64,000 nt of DNA from Candidatus Poribacteria bacterium (GTDB taxonomy: Bacteria > Poribacteria > WGA-4E > PCPOR2b), in assembly GCA_965223985.1 (NCBI GenBank), contig OZ245030.1:2240082-2304081 (forward strand), written 5' to 3'. The translations under genes and the position numbers were made by a program. Shown piece after piece: positions 21,100 through 30,478 of this stretch. The first letter of the stretch is position 1. Each line of letters starts with the position of its first letter. A model generated the notes under the pieces. That model was not told the DNA's origin, searched no databases, and saw only the letters and a program-made list of their open reading frames with translations.

Positions 21100-22083
21100 A
21101 TGTCAGACTGGTTTGAAATTCAGGAAGAGTTTGAAAGTATGTCTCCCGAGTTGCCAGGACACGAGAGATATAAACGGATAAGACACAAATATCTAAAGCA
21201 GCTACATGAACAAACTGGGCGTAGTGTCATTACATATTATTCGGGTGCTATCCAGCATCCGCAATTGTGGGAAGAATGTATGGTAGATGATTCAGATACT
21301 TTGGCATTTATGACACTATCAAAGCAATTGAAACATAAAGAAGGGCTTGATTTATTTCTTCACACCTATGGGGGAAATATTGGGGCTGCACAAACCATAA
21401 TTAGCTGTTTGAGGCAATTATATGGAGCAAACATACGAGTGTTTGTTCCACAAATTGCTATGTCTGCGGGTACATTATTAGCATGTGCTGCGAAGCAAAT
21501 TATAATGGCAAGCCAATCTAGCTTAGGCCCCGTGGATCCACAAATAGGCAGATACCAAGCACATGGTGTAATTAGAGAATTTAATCAAGCAAAAAATGAT
21601 GCAGTGACAGAGCCAAAGAGCCGGCATGCGTGGAAACCTATTCTTTCACAATATCAACCAACACTTATAGATATGTGTAAGCAAAATATTGAGTGGTCAA
21701 AGGATTTATTGAAACAAACGCTTTCAGAAAGTATGTTCCTAATTGAGGACGATGATGAAGAATACGTGAAATCATTAAAGGCGAAAAAGGTAGATGAGCT
21801 AGTGAATATCTTAACGTTATCTGATGAGGCTAGAGCAAGTGTGCATCAACAACGCTTTTCACGTGATGTATGTAAAGACGCCTTCGGAAAAAATTTGAAA
21901 GACATTTATCAGTTAGATACTACAATGAACGCAGAAGGTAAGCACGAAGGCAGTAAGCCCACAGTCTATGCGATACATTGGGCAAATATTTGCACTTTAG
22001 AATCGAAACGTATTGTAAAGATTATTGAAAACCATGAAGGCAAAAGTTTGGTTAGACCTCCTTATGAGGACAGAATTTTGTAA
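21100..22083 (+). CDS. S49/SDH-family (ClpP-fold) serine protease
   Basis: GLDLFLHTYGG, VPQIAMSAGTLLA, SLGPVDPQ; AT-rich relative to the flanks. Confidence 0.85.
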   Translation: MSDWFEIQEEFESMSPELPGHERYKRIRHKYLKQLHEQTGRSVITYYSGAIQHPQLWEECMVDDSDTLAFMTLSKQLKHKEGLDLFLHTYGGNIGAAQTIISCLRQLYGANIRVFVPQIAMSAGTLLACAAKQIIMASQSSLGPVDPQIGRYQAHGVIREFNQAKNDAVTEPKSRHAWKPILSQYQPTLIDMCKQNIEWSKDLLKQTLSESMFLIEDDDEEYVKSLKAKKVDELVNILTLSDEARASVHQQRFSRDVCKDAFGKNLKDIYQLDTTMNAEGKHEGSKPTVYAIHWANICTLESKRIVKIIENHEGKSLVRPPYEDRIL

Positions 22084-22120
22084 TTACCCCCCCAAACCCT
22101 GTACAGTTTAATAAGTTCTT

Positions 22121-22270
22121 GTAAGTTGGGTTGAGATCAACTGAGCGGATAGCGATGGCGATAGTTTTCTGCTTAACCTACCGATTTACAATACACATTC
22201 GAAATATCCAAAAAGCGTTGGGTTCGCTAAATCCAAAAAAACGCCGTCCGACTTAAAATACCAATATCTA
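22121..22270. repeat. REP-like elements B and C (C truncated by IS701)
   Basis: GTAAGTTGGGTTGAG...AACCTAC at 22121-22181; 22211-22270 (GTTGGGTTCGCTAAATCCAAAAAAACGCC...AAATACCAA) parallels 25165-25218 and stops at the IS end. Confidence 0.6.
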
Positions 22271-23316
22271 TAGGAGTTACGCAGTTGAGAGCAAATAGGT
22301 TATAATTTGAGCATGAATCCACCGAAATATAATGACATTGACTATATCAATTTCTTGGTTGGCACTCAGAAAAGTTACAGTTGTCTTGAGGCAGAAAAAG
22401 TTCAACCCCAAACCGATGACTCACCGGCTCATGATTCGATAACCAGACTTTTGCATCGAGATGAACCCGATACCGGCAAACTGTGGCACGAATCAAAAAG
22501 TCAGGTGAAATTGAAATCAGGAATCCTAGTTATAGATGATTCGACCCTAGATAAACCTTATTCCCAAAAGATTGACCTAGTGACAAAACACTGGTCGGGG
22601 AAACACCATCGAGTTGTGCATGGCATTAACTTAATCACTTTGCTTTGGACGAATGGCGATAGACATATTCCATGTGATTATCGAATCTATAACAAAGCCA
22701 AGGACGGCTTGACGAAAAATGACCATTTCCGTGCCATGCTGGGCGGAAGCGAAGAACCGTGGCTTTGTTCCCGAATGTCTTTGCTTTGATAGTTGGTATG
22801 CTAGCCTAGAGAATCTAAAAGCCGTCCGAGATTATGGTTGGAGATGGCTGACTCGTCTAGCTGCCAACCGACGGGTCAGTAAAGATTACTCCGGTAATCG
22901 TCCTGTGAGTACAGTGCCGATTGAATCAACGGGTACGATTGTTCATCTTAAGGGTTATGGATTGATTTTGGTATTCAAGGTGGACACTCCAGAAGGTGAC
23001 ATTGAATATTGGGCAACGAACGACTTACAGATGAACGAGTTAACACGTCTCAAATATACGGAATGGTCTTGGGCAATAGAAGAATATCATCGTGGAATTA
23101 AGCAATTCGTTGGCGTCGAACGGGCACAAGTGCGGTCGACTCGCACTCAAAGCAATCATATCGGCTTAGCGCTGAGAGCCTTTCTGAGAATTGAACATTA
23201 CTGTTATCACACCGGCACCAGTTGGTTTGAAGCAAAACTCCCAATTGTCAGAAAGGCTGTCCGTGATTATTTGGCTCAACCCCTTTTTACGCTTCAACCA
23301 AGTGCGTAACTCCTAT
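22270..23316 (+). mobile_element. IS701-family insertion sequence (~1.05 kb)
   Basis: Terminal inverted repeats ATAGGAGTTACGCAGTTG (22270-22287) and CAAGTGCGTAACTCCTAT (23299-23316), 17/18 match, enclosing a DDE transposase. Confidence 0.85.
22313..23309 (+). pseudogene. IS701-family transposase with +1 frameshift
   Basis: MNPPKY..DYINFL, LVIDDSTLDKPY, FDSWYASLENLK, WAIEEYHRGIKQ. Removing one G from the GGG at 22741-22743 restores RAMLAEAKNRGF. Confidence 0.85.
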
Positions 23317-23350
23317 GTGTAATTAAAATTGGTGGCGGCTGAGTGATTCG

Positions 23351-23460
23351 AAAAGCGTTGGGTTACGCTTCATCACAACAGATTTTAAACCGCGTCAGCT
23401 CTCGAAACCCGTTCGCGCTATGTGGCACCTCTTGCCGACACCGCTCAACCCAACCTACAA
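23351..23460 (-). repeat. REP-like element D (inverted copy of 24985-25088)
   Basis: Reverse complement TTGTAGGTTGGGTTGAGCGGTGTCGGCAAG...GCTGACGCGGTTTAAAATCTGTTGTGATGAAGCGTAACCCAACG aligns closely with 24985-25088. Confidence 0.8.
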
Positions 23461-23647
23461 CTCAAGAGCATTGGCCGGCAAGGTCTAATAACGGTGTCCT
23501 TGGCCCAACTCGTGAACCAATTTCTGAAGGTCATTATATCGCATTGGGAATTTTAGGCGGCATCACATTATTTGGAATCGGTTACGTTCTTGCGAATTGA
23601 AGGTGGATAACGTGTGGATAGGTTTAACTAACAAAAAGGAGAATTCT

Positions 23648-24475
23648 ATGATACGCCAAGCAGGTATTGTAACACTGTCAATAGTATTTGGACTGTTTAT
23701 GTTCAGTTGCAGCAGTGAAACTGTTCGTGAAGACGTTGTGGTTGTTGAAGAAGATGTTAATGACGTTAATGATATTGAGAATGAAACAGTATCATCCGTG
23801 TCTTGGGTTGATACATGGGAATTGGTAAGTGTTTTTAGTCATCGCATACAATCTCGCCAAGGCGGGGCGGTGGTCGATGGTCTCATGGTTGCCAGTGATT
23901 TTGACATGTCGTATATCAACGTTCCCGATCCCAATCCGTGGCAACCATTTGATGGCGGCGAAAACAAACGCAAATTCGATACACTACCCCTGAAAGACAT
24001 CTTAATCGATGGTGAAGACCTCGGACACTACATCATGGATAAGAAAGCCTTCTTCCCCGGAGGCTTTTTGTTTAGAAATACGAGTGAACAACGAGCCGGG
24101 GTGAAAACGCTTGATGGGCTGGTGATTACCATCCCTGCGGAAATTAGTACTTATTTTCTTACGTCCCATATTTACTTTCACGCTTCCGGTAAAATGTATG
24201 TGAAACTCCTTCGGTTTGTTGTGGAATATCCCTCTGATACTGATATCCCCCTTGCTACCTTGATTCAATCGGACGCGGTGCTCCGGGGCGGTACTTACTC
24301 CGCAGATACGTTTCCAGAAGACGGCTCGAAGCCTACCCCGTATACGTTTACCTTTGGTAAATCAACAATAACTGGCACATGGACAAGGCGAGGGAATACG
24401 CTTGTACTGTTACGTGATGACAGTCGTGTTAGTGCTGTCTTTGAAAAGGTTGATAACCGTAACGAACTGTGGTAA
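23648..24475 (+). CDS. Hypothetical lipoprotein
   Basis: RBS AAGGAG; signal peptide ending in a lipobox-like MFS-C. Confidence 0.7.
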   Translation: MIRQAGIVTLSIVFGLFMFSCSSETVREDVVVVEEDVNDVNDIENETVSSVSWVDTWELVSVFSHRIQSRQGGAVVDGLMVASDFDMSYINVPDPNPWQPFDGGENKRKFDTLPLKDILIDGEDLGHYIMDKKAFFPGGFLFRNTSEQRAGVKTLDGLVITIPAEISTYFLTSHIYFHASGKMYVKLLRFVVEYPSDTDIPLATLIQSDAVLRGGTYSADTFPEDGSKPTPYTFTFGKSTITGTWTRRGNTLVLLRDDSRVSAVFEKVDNRNELW

Positions 24476-24487
24476 AATCCACTTATT

Positions 24488-24877
24488 ATGGAGACTTTTA
24501 TGGATATCGCTCAAGCAAAAGTAAACTCGCAAGCCCGAGAATTATGGCAAGAGGCTATCAAACGTGGTATTAAATTCTCATATGACTATGCTGTCCAACC
24601 TGAATTGCGGATTGATTATAGTCGTTTGCTCGTTGATCACGGTAGTTCAGACGATGCGATTCGATATCAAGATGCTGAAGGATTAAAATGCAGCTTTGCA
24701 AAACGGATAGAGGAAGAACATGACAACATTCTTGTATTGGTTATGCAAGACCAAATCCTCAACGCAGCCATTGATTTAATTCCACATAGCCGTGATAGCT
24801 ATAGTCCCCATAGGGATGCAATAAAACGTCTGCATGAACGCGCAGAAACTTTTGTCAAGCCAAGATCTGGATTCTAA
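24488..24877 (+). CDS. Hypothetical protein
   Basis: 129-aa ORF 12 nt after the lipoprotein gene; no recognisable motif. Confidence 0.55.
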   Translation: METFMDIAQAKVNSQARELWQEAIKRGIKFSYDYAVQPELRIDYSRLLVDHGSSDDAIRYQDAEGLKCSFAKRIEEEHDNILVLVMQDQILNAAIDLIPHSRDSYSPHRDAIKRLHERAETFVKPRSGF

Positions 24878-24983
24878 GCAAACATCCCCGAATAAACAGG
24901 TCAAACAGGTCTTCCACGTCCCGATTATTGTACTTCCAGCACGATTCGGCGATGTATAGGTGTGCGTACTTCTTGGAGTAGCT
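24875..24983 (-). pseudogene. 3' fragment of an IS1595-family transposase
   Basis: Minus strand reads SYSKKYAHLYIAESCWKYNNRDVEDLFDLFIRGC, resembling the IS1595 'SxKYLxxYxxExxxxYNxR' terminal motif; cut off at REP element E. Confidence 0.6.
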
Positions 24984-24984
24984 C

Positions 24985-25272
24985 TTGCAGGTCGGGTTGA
25001 GCAGTATCGGCAAGGGGGCAACATAGCGCGAATTGGTTTCGAGGGCTGACGCGGTTTAAAATCTGTTGTGATGAAGTGTACCCCAACGATCAAGCGAGTG
25101 AATAGCGAGCGCGACAGTCTTGTTGTCAGTGAAACCTGTCGCCATCGCCAATTGTTCCGTTGATCGTTTGGTTCGCTAAATCTAAAAAACGCCAATCAAT
25201 TTCAAATACCAAAATCCATTCTACATGTTTCGCGCATTTCATTTACTCCGCTTACCCCAACCTACAAAAACT
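24985..25272. repeat. Composite REPIN-like element E
   Basis: Left arm GCAGGTCGGGTTGAGC...CCCCAACG; nested hairpin GATCAA...GCGACAG/CTGTCGC...TTGATC (25088-25165); right arm ending CCCCAACCTACAAAAACT. Confidence 0.75.
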
Positions 25273-25369
25273 GGAGTGCAAGACATTGCTACCCAAGTAC
25301 CTTAATGGTGCTAGAAGGGTTGCGCTCCAGCGGAGCGGTATGTGAACATACACGATAAAACAAACATCT

Positions 25370-25394
25370 GTAGGGGCACCACTCGTGGGCGCCC
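25370..25394. repeat. Short GTAG-type REP
   Basis: GTAG-GGGCACCAC-tc-GTGGGCGCCC imperfect palindrome. Confidence 0.5.
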
Positions 25395-25500
25395 GCCCTG
25401 CTAACTGAGGAAGAAAATGCAAGAGAAAACATCCTAGTTTGCGCTCGCACTATATTTTGTTCCCCTCCTTTGGTATAATATAGAAGTTTGGAGGTCGGCT

Positions 25501-27149
25501 ATGAATATGTTGTATTATGGAGATAACCTTGAAATCCTACGAGACCATATCGCCGATGAAAGTGTAGACTTAATCTACATCGATCCACCCTTTAACTCGA
25601 ATCAGGCATATAATGTGATTTTCAGCGAGACGGACGGCACGGCATCGCAAGCGCAGATACAAGCCTTTGATGATACGTGGCATTGGGGTGAAATTACGGA
25701 GCAGGCGTATCATAATCTGGTTGAGACAGGTCCATCTTCTGTGGTGGAGACTGTCAAGAGTTTTCGCGGTTTTCTTGGTGAAAACAATCTGATGGCGTAC
25801 CTCGTGATGATGACGGGGCGGTTGATTGAACTTCATCGCGTTCTGAAACTTACGGGTAGTTTTTATCTCCACTGCGACCCCACGGCATCGCACTATCTGA
25901 AGATTGTATTAGATCAAATCTTCGGCGTTGAGAACTTTCGGAATGAGATAGTGTGGCAGCGAACAGAGAGTCATAACACAGCCGATCGATACGGCAATAT
26001 AGCAGATATTCTTTTATACTATACAAAGTCGGGCTTAGCTAAATGGAATCGCTCGTATCATAGCTATTCTGGCGGAACTCAGCTATACAGTGAACAACAA
26101 CTAAAGCGATTCCGCTACGTTGCTGAGGACGGGCGCCGCTACAGACTTGATGATTTGACAGCGCCAAGACCCAACAGTGATTCTGGGAAATTTGAATGGC
26201 GCGGGACTATGCCGAGCGGATCGCGCGGGTGGGGTTACAGATTTGAGCAATTGGAAAATTGGTGGACGGAGGGCAGGATACATACGAAAAAAGATGGAAC
26301 GCCACGAATGGATGGATTGAAAGTCTACCTTGATGAATCAGAAGGGAAGCCGCTTCAGAATATTTGGACCGATATTCCAAGAATTCCAAACACGTCAAAT
26401 GAACGATTGGGATTTCCAACTCAGAAACCCGTTGCATTACTAGAACGAATTATCCAGGTGAGTAGCAACGAAGGGAATCTTGTGCTTGATGCATTTTGCG
26501 GTTGTGGTACAACCGTAACCGCAGCTCAAAAACTCAAGCGAAGATGGATAGGCATAGACATCACATACCTTGCGATTTCCTTGATAGAATATCGATTACG
26601 GGATAGCTTTGTGGCGACGCGAATTATAACGTGATAGGTGACCCTGTTGATACAACGTCTGCGCGAGATTTAGCGGACCGAGACCGCTATCAATTCCAGT
26701 GGTGGGCGTTGAGTCTAATCCGGGCGAGACCACATCGGGAGAAAAAGAAGGGAGCGGACCAAGGTGTGGACGGGGTAATCTATTATCAAGACGTTGATCC
26801 GGATAACACAAAAAAGACGTTAACTCGGAAGATTGTCATTCAAGTCAAAAGTGGGAAGGTCTCCGTCAGGGACATACGGGAACTGAAGTCGGTTGTCGAG
26901 AACCAAGGGGCTGTGATTGGCATCTTTATCACTCTAAACACGCCAACCCAGCCGATGCTCAAAGAAGCGACGGCAGCGGGGCGATTTCAATGGCTTCACG
27001 TCAAGGACACAACGTATCCTAAGATTCAGATTCGCACGATTCAAGAATTACTAAATGGCAGGGGTATCGAGTATCCGCGGACGCCAACTGATGTCACGTT
27101 TCGCAAGGCGAAGCGAACGAACCCAAAAGCCGATCAGTTGGAGCTTTAA
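25501..27149 (+). pseudogene. Beta-class N6/N4 DNA methyltransferase fused to an Mrr-like endonuclease, split by a 1-nt deletion (ORFs 25501-26634 and 26631-27149)
   Basis: IDPPFNS and DAFCGCGTT (MTase); ADQGVDG...IQVKSG (PD-(D/Q)xK). Adding one base near 26611 gives a continuous RDSFGGDANYNVIGDPVD. Extended -10 TGGTATAAT at 25471-25479. Confidence 0.8.
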
Positions 27150-27256
27150 CCGAAATTTTGGATTCCCCGTGCATCACACCGTCTTAAACGGAGGCTGTGA
27201 AACTCAACACTCGTTCCAAACTACTTTTTAACTACACCTTATAAACAGAGAAGAAT

Positions 27257-28147
27257 ATGAGGCTATCAACTTTAAAAAAGGAAGAGTGCGAGAATATTAC
27301 CGTTGCGGAACTGTCAAGGTTCATTTTTCGTTGGTTCAAGGAATTAAAAAATGCCGATCCTCGCGAGAAAATGGCGGTAACGGACGATGGGGGTTATCAT
27401 TTGTCGAGTGTGCTGAAAAAAAAATGTCCCGAGATTGTAATTGAGTTCAATGGGAAGGTAATCAACGAGCGCTTTTTTCTGAAATTTTACGAAGCGATAT
27501 CACGTCTCACGCAGCGAGGATTGTTGATGTATGTGGATACGTTAACGACTAGAAGAACAAATGGTCTTCATGGTCTTAGGGTACGCCTCACCTCAATCGG
27601 TGAAAAGTCGGACTTTCATGATGGGATACTGATTCTTATTGATGATGCTCAGGAGATTGTCAACGCAGTCAAAGAAAAAGTCCCGAATCTCGACCAGAAT
27701 GTTGAGAGGTACTACTTGGAAAGCCTACGAGCTTGTCAAGGGGGTCACTATATTTCATCGGTAATGTCTCTAGGGGCAGCGTCGGAGAGAGCGATACATT
27801 GTCTAGCTGTCGCGGTGGTTAAGCATGATGAAAGTCTTAAGAACGTCATTGAAAAGAATAAGGGACAAATATCATCATTAACGAGATGTCTTGGAGACAA
27901 TGTAAACCAAATTTTCAAATCAATAGCAGAGCCGTCATTTCGGAGTGAACTCAGGGATAAGTTGAAAGGAGTTGCTCGGATTTATCGTCTCAACCGAAAT
28001 GAGGCTAGTCATCCCGACGATGGACTGCAAGACTGGCGAAGAGACGAACTGGAATGTTACCTGAACCAATTTCGTCGGTATGTTTACACGGTTTTTAAGG
28101 CGATAGATATTCTCGAATACGCGGTAAAACGGAAACATACCGAATAA
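27257..28147 (+). CDS. Putative HEPN (DUF4145-like) domain protein
   Basis: C-terminal helical region 'YYLESLRAC..GHYISSVMSLGAASERAI' and R-x4-H motif RNEASH. Confidence 0.6.
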   Translation: MRLSTLKKEECENITVAELSRFIFRWFKELKNADPREKMAVTDDGGYHLSSVLKKKCPEIVIEFNGKVINERFFLKFYEAISRLTQRGLLMYVDTLTTRRTNGLHGLRVRLTSIGEKSDFHDGILILIDDAQEIVNAVKEKVPNLDQNVERYYLESLRACQGGHYISSVMSLGAASERAIHCLAVAVVKHDESLKNVIEKNKGQISSLTRCLGDNVNQIFKSIAEPSFRSELRDKLKGVARIYRLNRNEASHPDDGLQDWRRDELECYLNQFRRYVYTVFKAIDILEYAVKRKHTE

Positions 28148-28180
28148 ACTATAATTTATTACCCCAAATATCGATTTTAG

Positions 28181-28438
28181 ATTGACAACGGCAAATGGCG
28201 CCTGAAGGTAGAACGTCTTCCGAAGGCATCGCAACCACGGCTTGCTCTAACTATCCTAAAAGCCGATATTGCAAATATGTCTGGCGATACTCGGAAAGCG
28301 GCACAACTCATGAAACAATTCGAGCGCGAGTTTTATGCCGAAGTCGATAAAATTATGGATGAAACTAAAACCCGGAAGTCTAAACCTAAGCCTAAAGTAG
28401 ACACATCATATCTATTTGCAGGCTTACTAGACGACTAA
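28181..28438 (+). pseudogene. Probable 5'-truncated gene fragment (or 53-aa ORF from ATG 28277)
   Basis: Open frame IDNGKWRLKVERLPK...MSGDTRKAAQLMKQFEREFY...LLDD* begins directly after a TAG, with no start codon or RBS. Confidence 0.35.
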
Positions 28439-28490
28439 TTTACCAACTAACCCTAACCGCGCACGGTCCTTCCGGGCGCACAACTTCCTT

Positions 28491-28685
28491 ATGGTGATTG
28501 AAATGCAAAATGAAACCGATACGAAAAATATCCGCGAGATAATAGGCGAACTTAATGCACATGAAGAGCTAACAACTAAGGCACTTATTGAAGTGCTTTT
28601 GCTAACTAATGTGAGAATTGATGCCATGGTAGAATTGCTTGAGATTGTTAAGGCGGATATTGAAGCTATAAAGAAGCAACTCTAA
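28491..28685 (+). CDS. Small helical hypothetical protein
   Basis: Follows the hairpin repeat at 28457-28480; GGTGA RBS before ATG 28503. Confidence 0.55.
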   Translation: MVIEMQNETDTKNIREIIGELNAHEELTTKALIEVLLLTNVRIDAMVELLEIVKADIEAIKKQL

Positions 28686-28720
28686 ACCTCTGGCACACAA
28701 CACTTCAATAGGAGATTACG

Positions 28721-28930
28721 ATGTCGAGTTATGAAATGTTAGGCGAAGGTCATCAAGCTCTTAAGAGTTTGGTCATCATTGATGACAATGAACAACCAAT
28801 AGCAACTATTAGTAGTGAAAACGGAGCTTTAACGATTGACTTGCTAGGTACTCGAAAAGTGTCCCTTAGCCAAGATGCTATCACAGTTTACGATGGTCAA
28901 GGCAATGAAAGGTCTATTCCTTTTCGCTAA
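28721..28930 (+). CDS. Small beta-rich hypothetical protein
   Basis: RBS AGGAG inside the repeat CTTCAATAGGAGATT. Confidence 0.6.
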   Translation: MSSYEMLGEGHQALKSLVIIDDNEQPIATISSENGALTIDLLGTRKVSLSQDAITVYDGQGNERSIPFR

Positions 28931-29068
28931 AATCCATTTTACGATAAGTTAGCCTGGGTTGTTTCTTAATATATCTTATTGGGATGCAACCCATTACTAC
29001 CAAAACTATTGGCAACAGCACCACATCAAGAATTTCAAGTAACATATTTTCACCTCTAGCGGGAGGTA

Positions 29069-29404
29069 ATGACTATTTGTGAATTATCTACGAATCTTAA
29101 TGAGTATGTTTCAGGTTTAAGTGGAGTCAAAATGACTTCGACCACTAAGCAGAAAGGATTGTTCAAATTTAAGTCCTCGGATATGAATAGGCATTTTATA
29201 AGAATCCAATCGCAACAAACGTTGATAAATGTAAAATTGGCTATTCCGCTTAATCAATTAAACGATCCTGCAGGCCTTTGTAAGAAAGCACCAGAAAGTG
29301 GTAGTTGGGGATCCCAATGTGCTATACGTACACCTGAAGAACTGGATGACCTTAAGCCGATTATATTACAAGCATATCAATATACAAAACGGCAATCAAA
29401 CTAA
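29069..29404 (+). CDS. DUF5655-like protein
   Basis: 'LNDPAGLCKK...GSWG...IRTPEELDDLKPIILQAY' matches the DUF5655 pattern as recalled; not searched. Confidence 0.55.
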   Translation: MTICELSTNLNEYVSGLSGVKMTSTTKQKGLFKFKSSDMNRHFIRIQSQQTLINVKLAIPLNQLNDPAGLCKKAPESGSWGSQCAIRTPEELDDLKPIILQAYQYTKRQSN

Positions 29405-29457
29405 ATCACCCGCGCCCGGTCCTTCCGGGCGCATACTTCTTTTCAAGAAAGGTCAAT

Positions 29458-29691
29458 ATGTTTATCCAAGTGAAAGACTTCGGAACCTTAATTAACATTG
29501 AAGAATTGATTTTCATAACTGTTCAACCGTTAGAAGAAGACAAAGAAAGAATGACATTAGAATTATATTTAAAAACTAGAGACGAGCCAATACGGTGGAA
29601 AATGGATAATAAATTCGCTTTGGCACAACTGGATGACATTGCCAACGCAATTCCAGATGAGTATAAACTCACTATAAATCCAGACGCGTGA
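29458..29691 (+). CDS. Small hypothetical protein
   Basis: Follows the second hairpin repeat (29410-29433); RBS GAAAGG. Confidence 0.6.
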   Translation: MFIQVKDFGTLINIEELIFITVQPLEEDKERMTLELYLKTRDEPIRWKMDNKFALAQLDDIANAIPDEYKLTINPDA

Positions 29692-29712
29692 CCTTCAATA
29701 GGAGATTTGCCA

Positions 29713-29862
29713 ATGAAACCCGAAAACTATGAAACAAAATTATTGGAACACCTTGAATCTATAGACACCTCTTTGGTAACACTATGTCAAGTACTGTCCG
29801 ATCTTGTTACGATAATAAAAAGGCTTGAAACGGATTCAAAGGTTGATTCCCATAGTCAATAA
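29713..29862 (+). CDS. 49-aa hypothetical protein (not in the ORF track)
   Basis: MKPENYETKLLEHLESIDTSLVTLCQVLSDLVTIIKRLETDSKVDSHSQ*, after the second CTTCAATAGGAGATT copy. Confidence 0.55.
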   Translation: MKPENYETKLLEHLESIDTSLVTLCQVLSDLVTIIKRLETDSKVDSHSQ

Positions 29863-29944
29863 GTGCTTCGGCTTCGCTCTTGGCACGAATTAACAACGTC
29901 TGACATATAGAATCGTCTGGTGGTGTTTCGTTAAACGGATTTTC

Positions 29945-30058
29945 TAGTTTTTGTAGGTTGGGTTGAGCGATGATGTTGAAACAGGTGGATTATGACGAAT
30001 CGGTTTGTTGGTTAATTGAGTTCGAGAATTGTTGGATGAAGCGAAACCCAACGCTTTT
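29945..30058 (+). repeat. REP-like element F
   Basis: AGTTTTTGTAGGTTGGGTTGAGCG-(variable ~65 nt)-GATGAAGCGAAACCCAACGCTTTT: same ends as D and E, different interior. Confidence 0.75.
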
Positions 30059-30286
30059 CCTGTGTGTAATTTTGAAAGTGACGAGAGTTCATCGCAGGAT
30101 AGCTGGAGCCATCAAGCGGGAGAGCCACGGCTGCTTTCCCATAGATATCTATCCCACCCCCAAATCCCCGCTTTTACTACCGAAGTAATACGTGTTGCAA
30201 AATAGAAACAGCAGTAAATTAGCGAATCTCTGCATATAGGTCACTCCATTCGCTTTAACGAAAAATAACGAAATGATAAAAATTAC

Positions 30287-30316
30287 TTGACAACCGGTGA
30301 TGCCGTAGCGTATAAT
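30287..30316 (+). promoter_or_regulatory. Consensus sigma70 promoter
   Basis: TTGACA-N18-TATAAT. Confidence 0.8.
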
Positions 30317-30321
30317 AGGTT

Positions 30322-30478
30322 CATTAACCTTTGGAGTTCGTTAAAGGCTATTCTCCAAACCCAAAGAGGTGTCCTGCATAATTATCGCTACAACTGAATA
30401 ACTAGCGCGCAAGCGCGAAAGACAAACCCATAGGAGGCAGTCTTGAAACTAAAAACTGTCGCTTTTGGGTTTTTTTTT
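30322..30478 (+). ncRNA. Putative ~155-nt structured RNA or attenuated leader
   Basis: Starts after the consensus promoter; TTTGGAG/CTCCAAA stem, GCGC-GCAA-GCGC GNRA hairpin, and a terminator-like AAACCCA..GGCAGT/ACTGTC..TGGGTTT stem followed by a T-tract. Confidence 0.55.

Noticed and set aside
22719-22789. Programmed ribosomal frameshift in the IS701 transposase
   Set aside because: No slippery A-tract at the junction; a single extra G explains it, and IS701 transposases are normally one ORF.
28440-29710. CRISPR array
   Set aside because: Only two copies of each repeat, about 950-990 bp apart and separated by ORFs; no cas genes.
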